The notes below the pieces were generated by a model. It was not told the DNA's origin and did no database searches. It saw nothing but the letters and a program-made list of their open reading frames with translations. Shown here one piece after another: positions 8,575-17,680 of a stretch of DNA of 64,000 nt. Source of the DNA: a virus; IMG/VR virus record IMGVR_UViG_3300048080_000231. One strand, given 5' to 3'. Position numbers and translations under genes: made by a program. Every line of letters starts with the position of its first letter. Position 1 is the first letter of the stretch.

Positions 8575-9968
8575 TAAACCAATCCTTTAGCACTATCAAT
8601 AATAGCTTGAGCACGTTTCAGGCCAATTCCTTTATACGGCGTCAAGTTCTCTGGCTTGCTTCGTGCCAATTTTTCAATTGTCCAACTTTCAGCTTGTAAC
8701 ATGTCTTGAATTTGCCGAGATAGGCCAAGAAAAGAAAGATCATAGGTTGCTGTTGAAGAAATTGGTAAAGGCGATTCAATAGCAATAGGTTTAGGCGCAA
8801 CTATAGGAGTAATGGCAATGGGCAAAGGAATATTGATAGACGTTTCAGGTTCGACTTGTCTGGTCATCATTGCCACTTTATCAAGCCTTTCTATTCGCGC
8901 TAATTGTGGCTGAGGCGAAGGAGGCAAAATGGTTTCAGTCATACGGATAGGTTCGCTACCCATTGGTGCAGGGATACCTACTAAAAAGTCACGCCCCCGA
9001 TTCAGCTCCTTGAATTTCTGCAAATGGCGAATATGCACTTCAAATTTATGCCCTGTACCAAAAATCACATAGGGGTCTCTTTTTCCTACCACCATTATAC
9101 TAAATCGCGCTGACTTTGGCCCAACATATTCTACCCATACCTTTTCATTATCTGGCACATCGTCAAGGGTAGTAATTCGCGCTTGCTGTTGGAAATTAAC
9201 TACTCCATTACCGCTTTGTTTACTTCCACAAGATTTGCAGCCCATTGGACTTTTCCCCTCGTAAGTATCTTTGTGCATTACCATGATCTTAATTTCCATC
9301 TCACGCTGTTTACCTGCTTGACGTAAATAGAAAGCCCGACTATCCTGATGTCTTCGATAAAGCAATGTGGTATGGTTTATATGTATCCCAGGAAAATCAT
9401 GTTCCGCGCAAGATAGCCAATATTCTACATCTTCTAATCCCGCTTCAAGTTCTGGTTTCCATCCTCCCGCTGCTAAATGTGCGTTTACGGAATGTAAAGC
9501 CGTAACCGGAAAAAGGCCGCCTACATTTTGGACATTCTCCCAGGAATATTCCCCCATTACAATGGTCTTTTCGCGTACCCATCGGTCACTATCCAAAATT
9601 AATCTTTGGAGATTGCCATAGACTATTCGGCTTTTATCTTGCCGCCAAACTTCGTATAGCCTTTCTAGAGTTGCTTCCGTGCCAAATTGGTCATCAGCAT
9701 CAAGGGCTATAATAGCCTCCGATTCGGCCAGACTTACCGCTGTATTACGACATCGCGCTGGCCCCTGATTATGACTTGCCTTAAACCACCGGAAGCGACT
9801 ATCTAAATTATTATTTTGCTGAATAGGAATAGGAGAAGCGTCATCAATAATAATAGCTTCCCAGTCCTCAAAAGTTTGGCGTCTAATGCTATCCAGACAT
9901 TCAATAAGCCAGATAGCTTTATCAGGAATATTTATATAAGCTGGAATTAAAACACTAATCGCTGGCAT
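8574..9968 (-). CDS. GT2 glycosyltransferase fused to CxxC/linker and C-terminal helix-hairpin-helix domain
   Basis: ISVLIPAY...IIIDDAS...ALDADD...EDVEYW (GT2); internal MGCKSCG; C-terminal LTPYKGIGLKRAQAII (HhH). Confidence 0.85.
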   Translation of the reverse strand: MPAISVLIPAYINIPDKAIWLIECLDSIRRQTFEDWEAIIIDDASPIPIQQNNNLDSRFRWFKASHNQGPARCRNTAVSLAESEAIIALDADDQFGTEATLERLYEVWRQDKSRIVYGNLQRLILDSDRWVREKTIVMGEYSWENVQNVGGLFPVTALHSVNAHLAAGGWKPELEAGLEDVEYWLSCAEHDFPGIHINHTTLLYRRHQDSRAFYLRQAGKQREMEIKIMVMHKDTYEGKSPMGCKSCGSKQSGNGVVNFQQQARITTLDDVPDNEKVWVEYVGPKSARFSIMVVGKRDPYVIFGTGHKFEVHIRHLQKFKELNRGRDFLVGIPAPMGSEPIRMTETILPPSPQPQLARIERLDKVAMMTRQVEPETSINIPLPIAITPIVAPKPIAIESPLPISSTATYDLSFLGLSRQIQDMLQAESWTIEKLARSKPENLTPYKGIGLKRAQAIIDSAKGLV

Positions 9969-9978
9969 AGTTACCTTG

Positions 9979-10983
9979 CTATAATTTTACTTGCATTTTG
10001 TCAGACTTCAAAACTGGCGTCTTAGCTTTCAAGCGTTCCGCTTCATACCAGGCTATAGTCTCTTTTAGTCCCTCAATTAAAGAGGTTTTAGCCTCGAAAT
10101 TAAAAGCGTGTTTAGCTTGTGAAATATCTAAGCTGCGTCTTGGCTGCCCATCGGGTTTGTTTGTATCCCATCGGATAGAGCCGTGGTAATCACACATCTC
10201 AGCTAAATGATAGACAAGCCAAGCGATTCTAGTTTCTTGTCCGCTGCCGAGATTGATAGGAAATTGATTATTGTAATGTTCTGCTGCCAACAGGATAGCT
10301 TCAGCGCAATCCTTTACATAAAGAAATTCACGTGAAGCGTTTCCCGTTCCCCACACATCTACAGTAGACCAGCCCACTTCGCGCGCATCAATGAACTTGC
10401 GAATTAAAGCCGGTATAACGTGCGAGCGTTCCGGTTCAAATGTATCTCCTGGCCCGTAGAGGTTGGTAGGTAAGAGATAGATACCATTAAAGCCGTATTC
10501 ATCCCGCGCTGTCTGGAGTTGGATAAGCAGCATCTTTTTAGCCAATCCATAAGGTGCGTTGGTTTCTTCTGGGTAGCCATCCCATAATGTTTTTTCATTA
10601 AAGGGAGGCTTAGCCCACTTCGGATAAGCGCAAACCGTACCTATTTGGACAAACTTCTTTACCTTATGCCTGATACTCTCATCTATCAAGTTTAAGCCAA
10701 GCTGAAGATTATCGTATAGCAATTCGTAGGGATGATTTTGATTATAGCCAATACCACCTACATTAGCTGCCAAATTAATAAGTATATCAATTGGTTTGCC
10801 AATATAATCAAATAGTCTCTGTGCTGCTACTGCATAACGTAGATCATAATCTGCTTGTCTTGGTACAATAGGATAGCAATGTTGTTCCCATAATAAACTA
10901 ACAAGATGCTGACCCACAAAACCCGTGCCGCCAGGAATAAGTACCTTTTTATCTTTCCAGAAATTACTCATCATATCTACCAA
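9979..10983 (-). CDS. fcl: GDP-L-fucose synthase (extended SDR epimerase/reductase)
   Basis: GGTGFVG, AANVGGI, GTVCAYPK, YPEETNAPYGLAKK, PTNLYGP, SHVIPALIRKF, WGTGNASREFLYV, DGQPRRSLD. Confidence 0.92.
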   Translation of the reverse strand: MVDMMSNFWKDKKVLIPGGTGFVGQHLVSLLWEQHCYPIVPRQADYDLRYAVAAQRLFDYIGKPIDILINLAANVGGIGYNQNHPYELLYDNLQLGLNLIDESIRHKVKKFVQIGTVCAYPKWAKPPFNEKTLWDGYPEETNAPYGLAKKMLLIQLQTARDEYGFNGIYLLPTNLYGPGDTFEPERSHVIPALIRKFIDAREVGWSTVDVWGTGNASREFLYVKDCAEAILLAAEHYNNQFPINLGSGQETRIAWLVYHLAEMCDYHGSIRWDTNKPDGQPRRSLDISQAKHAFNFEAKTSLIEGLKETIAWYEAERLKAKTPVLKSDKMQVKL

Positions 10984-11266
10984 ATAAAAGTGGTTGATTT
11001 ATAGTCTGATTACCCTCATCATCTACTGCGGTAAAAACAGTTGGGATAAAGGCAGGGTATTTATCTCTCAATGATTTAGCCACATCCATTGTAATTATAC
11101 AATATTCAAAGACGCCCAATTTATCGGCATGCTTGTCTGGCCGCCATATCATTTGCCCCTGGACACCTAACAAATGCAAAATAGCGCTATCATTTGGATT
11201 ACCATAAATATAGCCAAGATATTTTGCAATTGACTTTGTAGATTTTCTTCCTTCTACCATCGCCAA
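10964..11266 (-). CDS. Hypothetical protein
   Basis: 100 aa ORF overlapping both neighbours. Confidence 0.55.
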   Translation of the reverse strand: MAMVEGRKSTKSIAKYLGYIYGNPNDSAILHLLGVQGQMIWRPDKHADKLGVFEYCIITMDVAKSLRDKYPAFIPTVFTAVDDEGNQTINQPLLFGRYDE

Positions 11267-13026
11267 TTCTCCATTGTCTCAATTACTTTTTCAGGTTGTC
11301 CCCTTAATATTCCCATTAATTCTTGTATTCGCGCCTTAAACGAATGACGTTCAAAAGCTAATCGTTGTCCATTTTCAGCGATTCGCTTTCTCTCTTCATC
11401 TTTTGCCAGATAATATCTTAGCTTCTTTTCGAGGTCTGGATAAGTACGCCAAATAATGCAGGTATCCCCATCCTTTAATCCCAAATCTTCCATCCCTCGA
11501 AACCATTGGTGAGCCAAAGCCGCGCCGCCGGCTGCTAAAGCTTGAAAAACGCGGTTAGAGACAAAGCCACTATCAGGCCATTGTGAATCGCCAATGCTTA
11601 TCTTAGCTCCTTGATAAAGTTTGCAACCCTCCTTGAAATCGTAAAGCGTGTTACCTTTTGTTATTTCTTTGGGCCAGCCCGCCCCATAAATTCCTAAGGA
11701 AGGCCCGTTTAATCTTTGTAACCATCGGCCAAATTGTTGTCTAGCTTTACTATAGCCAGTCGCCAAGAAAATAATATCATGATATGTTTCCGCTTTATGG
11801 CCCACCCCATCAGGCTCAAAACCTATTTGCCAATAGTGCGCTTTAGCTCCCATCAGCCTTAGCTTTTCTACCGCTTCTAAATTTACGCTGCCAAAAAAGT
11901 CGAAGGCTTTAGCAAGTTTGACTCCTTCTTCACTGAGCAAATTATCAGGCCAATAGTCCCCATTCCAATTGATGAATATAGCTTGAGGCGCAAGCCGCTT
12001 CCAAAAAGCTATATCGTGATAGTTAATTTCAGCTCCACTATGAAGTTGAGTAAAAATCATTGTGGGCTGAATAGAAGTTATCCAATTGGCAAGCTCAGTC
12101 AACATTCCATCCTTGCCCAATTCCCGAAATTTGCCAACATAGTCATATTCAACGAGTAAGCCCAATTCTGCTAATGCTTCCCTTAGCCCCCGCTTTTGTT
12201 CTTTAAGCACTGGAAAGCCTGGTTCAAAAATGGGAAGATATAGTATCCTTTCTCGAACAGACGTGCTATTTGGTACTAGTGGTTTATCTCTTACCACTGC
12301 GCCTACCAGACCGTGTTTGTCCTTCCATTTCTGCCCCCAGGCCCAACTGTCAGGATTATGACCACGCACCTTTGGCCGACTATCATTATTTATCTTCCGT
12401 AAATCATCAGCTATTTCATTATCGTGTATTTTGGCTAGTAGCTTTTCTTCTGTGCCAATAGGTAAAATCTGAAAGCCTAATTCTAGCACCCGACTGGATA
12501 GCTCATTGTCGCCGCCATAGGTATGGAGATAATTTCCCCACCAACCAACTGAATCGCCAAGCCATTTGGGAACAATGCAGACTTGACCATAAATATTCCT
12601 ATCTTGTCTCCCATTCCTCACTGCTGGCATTGTTTCGACATGCCAACTACGCTTGTTTCGATCTTGGAAAAAGCAACCTATTCCGCAATCAGAATGCAAT
12701 TGCATAAAGAGCCACGCCTGAAATATGCTATCATCTACAAATTCTATATCATCATTAGCTAAGATAACATAATCCCCATGTGCTGCAAAAGCCCCATCAT
12801 TAAAAGCCCTGACTGCGCCTAGCAGGGTTTGATGTTTAATCAGCTTACAATCCGATTGGCTTTCTATCCATTGTTGCGTTCCATCCTGAGAGTTGCCATC
12901 TACTAAGACAAATTCATAGGATAAGCCATAGTGAAAAGTACCAAAAGAGACGCGCGCCGAGGCTACCATGCGCTGAAGCGAGGCAAGACGATTATAAGTA
13001 CCGCTAATAATACTTATGTCTATCAA
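11254..13026 (-). CDS. Bifunctional glycosyltransferase (GT2 + GT-B Glyco_trans_1_2/CgeB-like)
   Basis: N: ISIISGTYNR, LVDGNSQDGT, ILANDDIEF, YGGDNELS; C: SNRVFQALAAG...KRIAENGQRLAFERHSFKARIQEL; TTG start. Confidence 0.88.
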   Translation of the reverse strand: MIDISIISGTYNRLASLQRMVASARVSFGTFHYGLSYEFVLVDGNSQDGTQQWIESQSDCKLIKHQTLLGAVRAFNDGAFAAHGDYVILANDDIEFVDDSIFQAWLFMQLHSDCGIGCFFQDRNKRSWHVETMPAVRNGRQDRNIYGQVCIVPKWLGDSVGWWGNYLHTYGGDNELSSRVLELGFQILPIGTEEKLLAKIHDNEIADDLRKINNDSRPKVRGHNPDSWAWGQKWKDKHGLVGAVVRDKPLVPNSTSVRERILYLPIFEPGFPVLKEQKRGLREALAELGLLVEYDYVGKFRELGKDGMLTELANWITSIQPTMIFTQLHSGAEINYHDIAFWKRLAPQAIFINWNGDYWPDNLLSEEGVKLAKAFDFFGSVNLEAVEKLRLMGAKAHYWQIGFEPDGVGHKAETYHDIIFLATGYSKARQQFGRWLQRLNGPSLGIYGAGWPKEITKGNTLYDFKEGCKLYQGAKISIGDSQWPDSGFVSNRVFQALAAGGAALAHQWFRGMEDLGLKDGDTCIIWRTYPDLEKKLRYYLAKDEERKRIAENGQRLAFERHSFKARIQELMGILRGQPEKVIETMENWRW

Positions 13027-13206
13027 TTTTTATAGACCTACTAAAAAAGGTATGCCATAAATTGGCATCTCAGGTATTTTCATAAACTCAAGGTAATTTT
13101 ATACACTTGTCAAAAACTTCAATTAAATCAATACCTTTTTGGCATTTCAGGCGTTTTACGTTTTTGGTTTTATTTTTCTGTTCATTTATACACTACTTGG
13201 TGTTAA

Positions 13207-13263
13207 TTGATATACGATATAGTGTTATAAAGTAGCGTTTTATAACACTATATCGTATATCAA
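13207..13263. repeat. Perfect 25-bp inverted repeat with 7-nt loop
   Basis: TTGATATACGATATAGTGTTATAAA (13207-13231) / TTTATAACACTATATCGTATATCAA (13239-13263). Confidence 0.95.
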
Positions 13264-13295
13264 AAGGCTATTCTGAGGTTAAATCTTTCCATTTC

Positions 13296-13871
13296 TTAGC
13301 TTTTCCACCATATCCCGAAACCACCCCCCTGCTCAGCCCCATCATGCAATTTATCAATTCTTAGCTTATTCCCCTCTAGCCAATCCCAAAAGCCGCGCAT
13401 CTCTTGCCTGAATAAATCATCAAAGCAAACTACCGCTTTATCAGATAGATAAGGTTTCCATGCCAAAAGCTCATTAACTGTTTGCGTAAATGTGTGCGTT
13501 GTGTCAATGAAAAGAATATCTATTACGCCATATTCATTGTATATCTCCGGCGCACTCTTGATACTATCTCCAAGCCAAAAGCGAAAATTGGAGTAATTTT
13601 CTGTGATATGCTTGATATTCTCAGGATGGTCGTCTGCCATATCAACACCAATAACTTGCCCCTGATTATATCCCATCGCAAGGTGCAAACTACCCCCACC
13701 CCCGCATACGCCAAGTTCTACACTCAAGTTTGGCTGAAGATGCGCCGCCAAAACTTTAAGAAAACGATAATAGAGCGAGGGAGGGAAACGCGGGTCAGGA
13801 TAGACAGGTTCTCTCTCAGCTTGTTTTGCTAATTCTATTAAAATATAACTATCTATCAATTGATACCCCAA
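13296..13871 (-). CDS. Class I SAM methyltransferase (Methyltransf_24-like) 1
   Basis: VELGVCGGGGS, IGVDM, IDILFIDTTHTF, AVVCFDD. Confidence 0.85.
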   Translation of the reverse strand: MGYQLIDSYILIELAKQAEREPVYPDPRFPPSLYYRFLKVLAAHLQPNLSVELGVCGGGGSLHLAMGYNQGQVIGVDMADDHPENIKHITENYSNFRFWLGDSIKSAPEIYNEYGVIDILFIDTTHTFTQTVNELLAWKPYLSDKAVVCFDDLFRQEMRGFWDWLEGNKLRIDKLHDGAEQGGGFGIWWKS

Positions 13872-14389
13872 ATTTGTAACCGACTGCCAGCCAAAAGTAA
13901 GTCGGTAGGGTCATTATCTGTCTGTATGGTCACACGGTCTACAGCTGCCGTATTCTCCCATTGACCCACTTGGATACTTGTTAGTGAAATGGTTGTTGAC
14001 ATCCTACCATTAGAAATAGCATCATACATTTTATTTTGGGCAACCGTATAATACCATAATCGAATTTCACACATGCCAAAATAATTTGCCGGAGAAGAAC
14101 CCGCCGGAACGCCCGCCCCCAATATAGCGTCATCCTGTCCAACTGCGTGAACGGCATTATTGACCTGATGATAAGCCCGACGATAATTTGCTGCTGTTGT
14201 ATCATTATTCAGAATGATATTCAAATTATCAGTTGTGGCTACTACAGTGCCACGACTCAACAAATATATAAATAAATGATCATGAGTAGCGGGTATATTT
14301 TGAACATCAAACTTTCCATCTACAGCTAATGTTTCATCATGTAAAAGCGTCCAGGCTCCACCAGCTGAATTTGGATTATTTATTCCCAT
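13856..14389 (-). CDS. Putative virion decoration/fibre domain protein
   Basis: Beta-rich; C-terminal WENTAAVDRVTIQ...AGSRLQIWGI resembles a widespread phage virion domain. Confidence 0.5.
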   Translation of the reverse strand: MGINNPNSAGGAWTLLHDETLAVDGKFDVQNIPATHDHLFIYLLSRGTVVATTDNLNIILNNDTTAANYRRAYHQVNNAVHAVGQDDAILGAGVPAGSSPANYFGMCEIRLWYYTVAQNKMYDAISNGRMSTTISLTSIQVGQWENTAAVDRVTIQTDNDPTDLLLAGSRLQIWGIN

Positions 14390-14392
14390 TAG

Positions 14393-14806
14393 TTAAGCCT
14401 CCTTAGCTGTATAAGCCTGACCCAAAGTTGCGCCAATGACAGAAACGCTATCAGTAACAATGGCCGAACCTTCCATTACAAAACTCCCACCATCAGCAGC
14501 AAGTAAAATAGAAGGCTGATTCAGATTGGCATTAGCATTAAAATTTATCCAAAGACTTCCACTTGATACATTTTGCACTAATAAGTATCTCCGACTTAGA
14601 TTAGCTGCCATAATTTGTTGTGCTACTGAAGCTGCGCCTAGTGTGCCACTACGATCGGTAAAACTAATTTGCTGAGAAACAAACTCATTAGCTCCAGATG
14701 GTACTGTGACCTGAAGCGAATATGAGCCATCAGTATTACGCACTGCTGCTATAGGTCTGATGTCTTGCTCAGCTGTTAAAAAACCATAAACCGTTACTTC
14801 AGACAT
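14393..14806 (-). CDS. Putative virion decoration protein
   Basis: Ser/Thr/Ala-rich beta protein, AANLSRRYLLVQNVSSGSLWINF motif seen in phage spike/decoration proteins. Confidence 0.5.
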   Translation of the reverse strand: MSEVTVYGFLTAEQDIRPIAAVRNTDGSYSLQVTVPSGANEFVSQQISFTDRSGTLGAASVAQQIMAANLSRRYLLVQNVSSGSLWINFNANANLNQPSILLAADGGSFVMEGSAIVTDSVSVIGATLGQAYTAKEA

Positions 14807-14833
14807 TTCTTATTCTCCTTGAACTATTCTGAA

Positions 14834-15403
14834 TTAATAATATAATAGCACTCCCCACCCACAGACAGGATGTAATCTATCATCCTGTATTTTCGGATAG
14901 GGAAGTGACATAAAGTAACGTAACACTGCGTCTTCTTGCGCGTGTAAATCGTCAAAGATAACTATAGCTGGATTAGCCAATAAAGGCGAATAGGTTTCAA
15001 ATTCTACTCTTGCTTGTTCATAGCTATGTTCTGTATCAATGTGAAGTAAACCTATTTTTTGCTCCGGGTGTTCATTAAACCAACCTGGCAATGGCGTTGC
15101 GTCTTGCTGAAGAAAGACTACATTATCATAAGTCGCTTGTACCTTATCTATTCCCTCTGTGCGCGTATGGTCTACCCCCACCACTTGCGCGCCTTCTATT
15201 GCTAAAGCTATAAGCCCACGCCCAGTTTCGCAGCCAAGCTCAACTACAATGCTTCGTGGATAACGATTAGTCAACTGTGTGGCGGCCAGCCACATAAAGG
15301 CATAGTAAGGCGAGTAATAAGCCCCACAAAAGTCTAACAAACTTTTTGGCGGTCTAAAATCCATAGCTTTGTCTATCCAATCTGCAAGTCGGGTCAGGTT
15401 CAT
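14834..15403 (-). CDS. Class I SAM methyltransferase (Methyltransf_24-like) 2
   Basis: VELGCETGRG, VVGVD, IGLLHIDTEHSYEQ, IVIFDD. Confidence 0.85.
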   Translation of the reverse strand: MNLTRLADWIDKAMDFRPPKSLLDFCGAYYSPYYAFMWLAATQLTNRYPRSIVVELGCETGRGLIALAIEGAQVVGVDHTRTEGIDKVQATYDNVVFLQQDATPLPGWFNEHPEQKIGLLHIDTEHSYEQARVEFETYSPLLANPAIVIFDDLHAQEDAVLRYFMSLPYPKIQDDRLHPVCGWGVLLYY

Positions 15404-16002
15404 AAAAACACTAGCCCCATTGTGTTACCATAATGTAATGTATCTTTGAACAGCATCTTTTCACCTGGCAACTCGTTGAAATATTCTACCATTCCTTTGC
15501 CGGGTGGGTCTACTTTTGGATCATGAAAAGCGGGTGTAATATCATCGCATAGCCAGAACGCGCCCGTTTTGCAAAGAGGACTATATAGCTTCCATTCCCT
15601 TTTACTTTCAAGATAATGATGTGAACTATCTTGAAAAACTAATCCTATATCTTCCTTGGCTAATGTTTCTATCATTGGCTTTGCAACTTTACTATTCATT
15701 TGTAAGAAGTAATAGTTGTCATAATATTCTGACAATGTTGTGGCTGCCAATTCATTATAATTCAAGTCTATACCAATGATTTGTCCATTGTATTTCTTAG
15801 CCGCCACGCACATATAGGCTGAACCAATGCCATACCACGTGCCAATTTCTAAGGCAACAGCCGGCTTAAAAGTATCAACAAGATGATAAAGGAAACGATA
15901 ATAATTATGTCGTTCATTGTATTTTATTTGTAACCCTTCCAACCATTTGTCAGCTAATGGCTTTTGAGACTTAGCTACTAGCTTTTCAATGATTTGCTTC
16001 AT
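15400..16002 (-). CDS. Class I SAM methyltransferase (Methyltransf_24-like) 3
   Basis: LEIGTWYGIGS, IGIDL, LVFQDSSHHY, FWLCDDI; start set at MKQIIEK. Confidence 0.85.
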   Translation of the reverse strand: MKQIIEKLVAKSQKPLADKWLEGLQIKYNERHNYYRFLYHLVDTFKPAVALEIGTWYGIGSAYMCVAAKKYNGQIIGIDLNYNELAATTLSEYYDNYYFLQMNSKVAKPMIETLAKEDIGLVFQDSSHHYLESKREWKLYSPLCKTGAFWLCDDITPAFHDPKVDPPGKGMVEYFNELPGEKMLFKDTLHYGNTMGLVFL

Positions 16003-16621
16003 AGCGCATAAATCCCATTGGATACCCTGGATTAAGTGTCGCTGGTTCAAGCCATTTCTCCCCCGGTAAGTCATTCCAAAAGTCCAACATCCCGGAAATA
16101 ACCGCACCATAACCCCCGATTATATCATCACAGATAACTAGAGCAGGTGAGGCTAAAAGTGGTTTGTAATCATTCCAATCTCTCATAGCATGTTCGTAAT
16201 CGTGCCAACTATCTATGAAGAGAAGGTCTATTGGTCGGTTTTGTGCTGCAACCACTTGGTACATGTCCCATGTCCAACCTTGCAGATAGATTAGATTAGG
16301 ATACTGTGCCGTCGCTTCAAGCATCTTTATTTTATTCAAGTCATCACCCGGATCGCTGAGGTGGTCAATCGTGATAACCTGCGCTTTAGAATAGCCTGAA
16401 GCAAAATGCGCCGCCGCTGTTCCCTGCCAACCGCCAAGTTCAACCACTAACTCAGGCTCAAGCCACTTAGCAAGATGATAAAATAAGCGGTAATAGCGGA
16501 GATAACTGCCAAATTTCTCTTTGTGGAGATCGTAGCGTTTATCTATGAAGTCATCCCTAGTTGGTGCTTCTGAAAACGTCTTTACAAGTAAAATTATGTC
16601 ATTTAAGGTAAAGGTATTCAT
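15986..16621 (-). CDS. Class I SAM methyltransferase (Methyltransf_24-like) 4
   Basis: VELGGWQGTAA, ITIDH, IDLLFIDSWHDY, LVICDDI. Confidence 0.85.
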   Translation of the reverse strand: MNTFTLNDIILLVKTFSEAPTRDDFIDKRYDLHKEKFGSYLRYYRLFYHLAKWLEPELVVELGGWQGTAAAHFASGYSKAQVITIDHLSDPGDDLNKIKMLEATAQYPNLIYLQGWTWDMYQVVAAQNRPIDLLFIDSWHDYEHAMRDWNDYKPLLASPALVICDDIIGGYGAVISGMLDFWNDLPGEKWLEPATLNPGYPMGFMRYEANH

Positions 16622-16998
16622 GGTGCAATTCCCTTATCCCAATCATAGCCTTCAACATTTAATTCTTCTCGTAACTTTGTCAAATCCTTGCCCAGAGCTA
16701 TTAAGATTTCTTCCAAATACCATTGCTTATGCCACCACTCCGTATCCGTAAGCAAGCCAGAAATAGCTAAAGCAATTGCCTTATCCTGACCATTCGTCGA
16801 AGTGGGTTGCGGCGTCGGGGTGGGTGGGGTCGCGGGCTTGATATAGCCGGCCAGTTCTAGCCATCTGCGGATGATATAGCCAGCCATATCTCGGTCGGTG
16901 CGACGTTTCGTATTTGCTAACTGCATCAGCGCGGAACGTTCCGCGCGTTCCAACGTTACTGTAATTCGTGGTTTGCTCATAACTGAACTCCCTGACAA
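16618..16998 (-). CDS. RHH-like N-terminal domain + HKQWYLEEI domain protein
   Basis: RITVTLERAERSALMQLA..DMAGYIIR, Pro/Thr linker, C-terminal WWHKQWYLEEIL...YDWDKGIAP. Confidence 0.5.
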   Translation of the reverse strand: MSGSSVMSKPRITVTLERAERSALMQLANTKRRTDRDMAGYIIRRWLELAGYIKPATPPTPTPQPTSTNGQDKAIALAISGLLTDTEWWHKQWYLEEILIALGKDLTKLREELNVEGYDWDKGIAP

Positions 16999-17027
16999 AT
17001 GGCATTTCTAAAATTTCATTTATTGTC

Positions 17028-17354
17028 CTAATCACAAATGCAATGTACACGGTGTTCTATTAAACGGATTGCAGCTAAAACACCTTTGATATAATCCGAT
17101 TTATCTGCATCCTCTTCACGTTTATATTCAATCTTATTCTCAATAATATCTAGCTTAATTTGGTCACGGATATTATTCCAATTGCCAACTTTTACAAATT
17201 CATCATAAGGCAACCAGAATATGGGTTTATCCGCTTTTTGCAATTTTTCGCAATAAGCTATCAAATCCTCAACTATAGTACCCAAGTGATAAGGATTGAT
17301 ACCATAGCTTTTTAGAATTATATCTTTAATCTTGGCTACAATTTCATCCTTCAT
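17028..17354 (-). CDS. Hypothetical protein
   Basis: 108 aa ORF in operon. Confidence 0.55.
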   Translation of the reverse strand: MKDEIVAKIKDIILKSYGINPYHLGTIVEDLIAYCEKLQKADKPIFWLPYDEFVKVGNWNNIRDQIKLDIIENKIEYKREEDADKSDYIKGVLAAIRLIEHRVHCICD

Positions 17355-17680
17355 TTGGTTATCCTTTGCAGAAATGATTGTGTGCCAGCCAAGCCAAAGA
17401 TAAGCAAAAATAAATCAGCCCAATAATTGCCCCATAGCAGAAGCAAAGCACATCCCACTGCTATATATATGCCTATGCAAAATGGACAATTCAACCCCTC
17501 ATCTAAGTTACACCAAAAGCCTAAAGGTTGCCCCACGTCTTGCTGTACTTTAGCCTTCCTATCAGTCCAAGCTCGCAGTCGTTTGAAGATAAAGCCCGGC
17601 CCATCATCTTCTGAAAATAGCTGAGAGAGGCGATAAATAGCCAAGGCAGTTATGATAAGTCGGATAAGTTCACTACTCAT
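17351..17680 (-). CDS. DUF1360-like membrane protein
   Basis: LAIYRLSQLFSEDDGP..F..LR...LNCPFCIGIY plus hydrophobic helices. Confidence 0.7.
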   Translation of the reverse strand: MSSELIRLIITALAIYRLSQLFSEDDGPGFIFKRLRAWTDRKAKVQQDVGQPLGFWCNLDEGLNCPFCIGIYIAVGCALLLLWGNYWADLFLLIFGLAGTQSFLQRITK

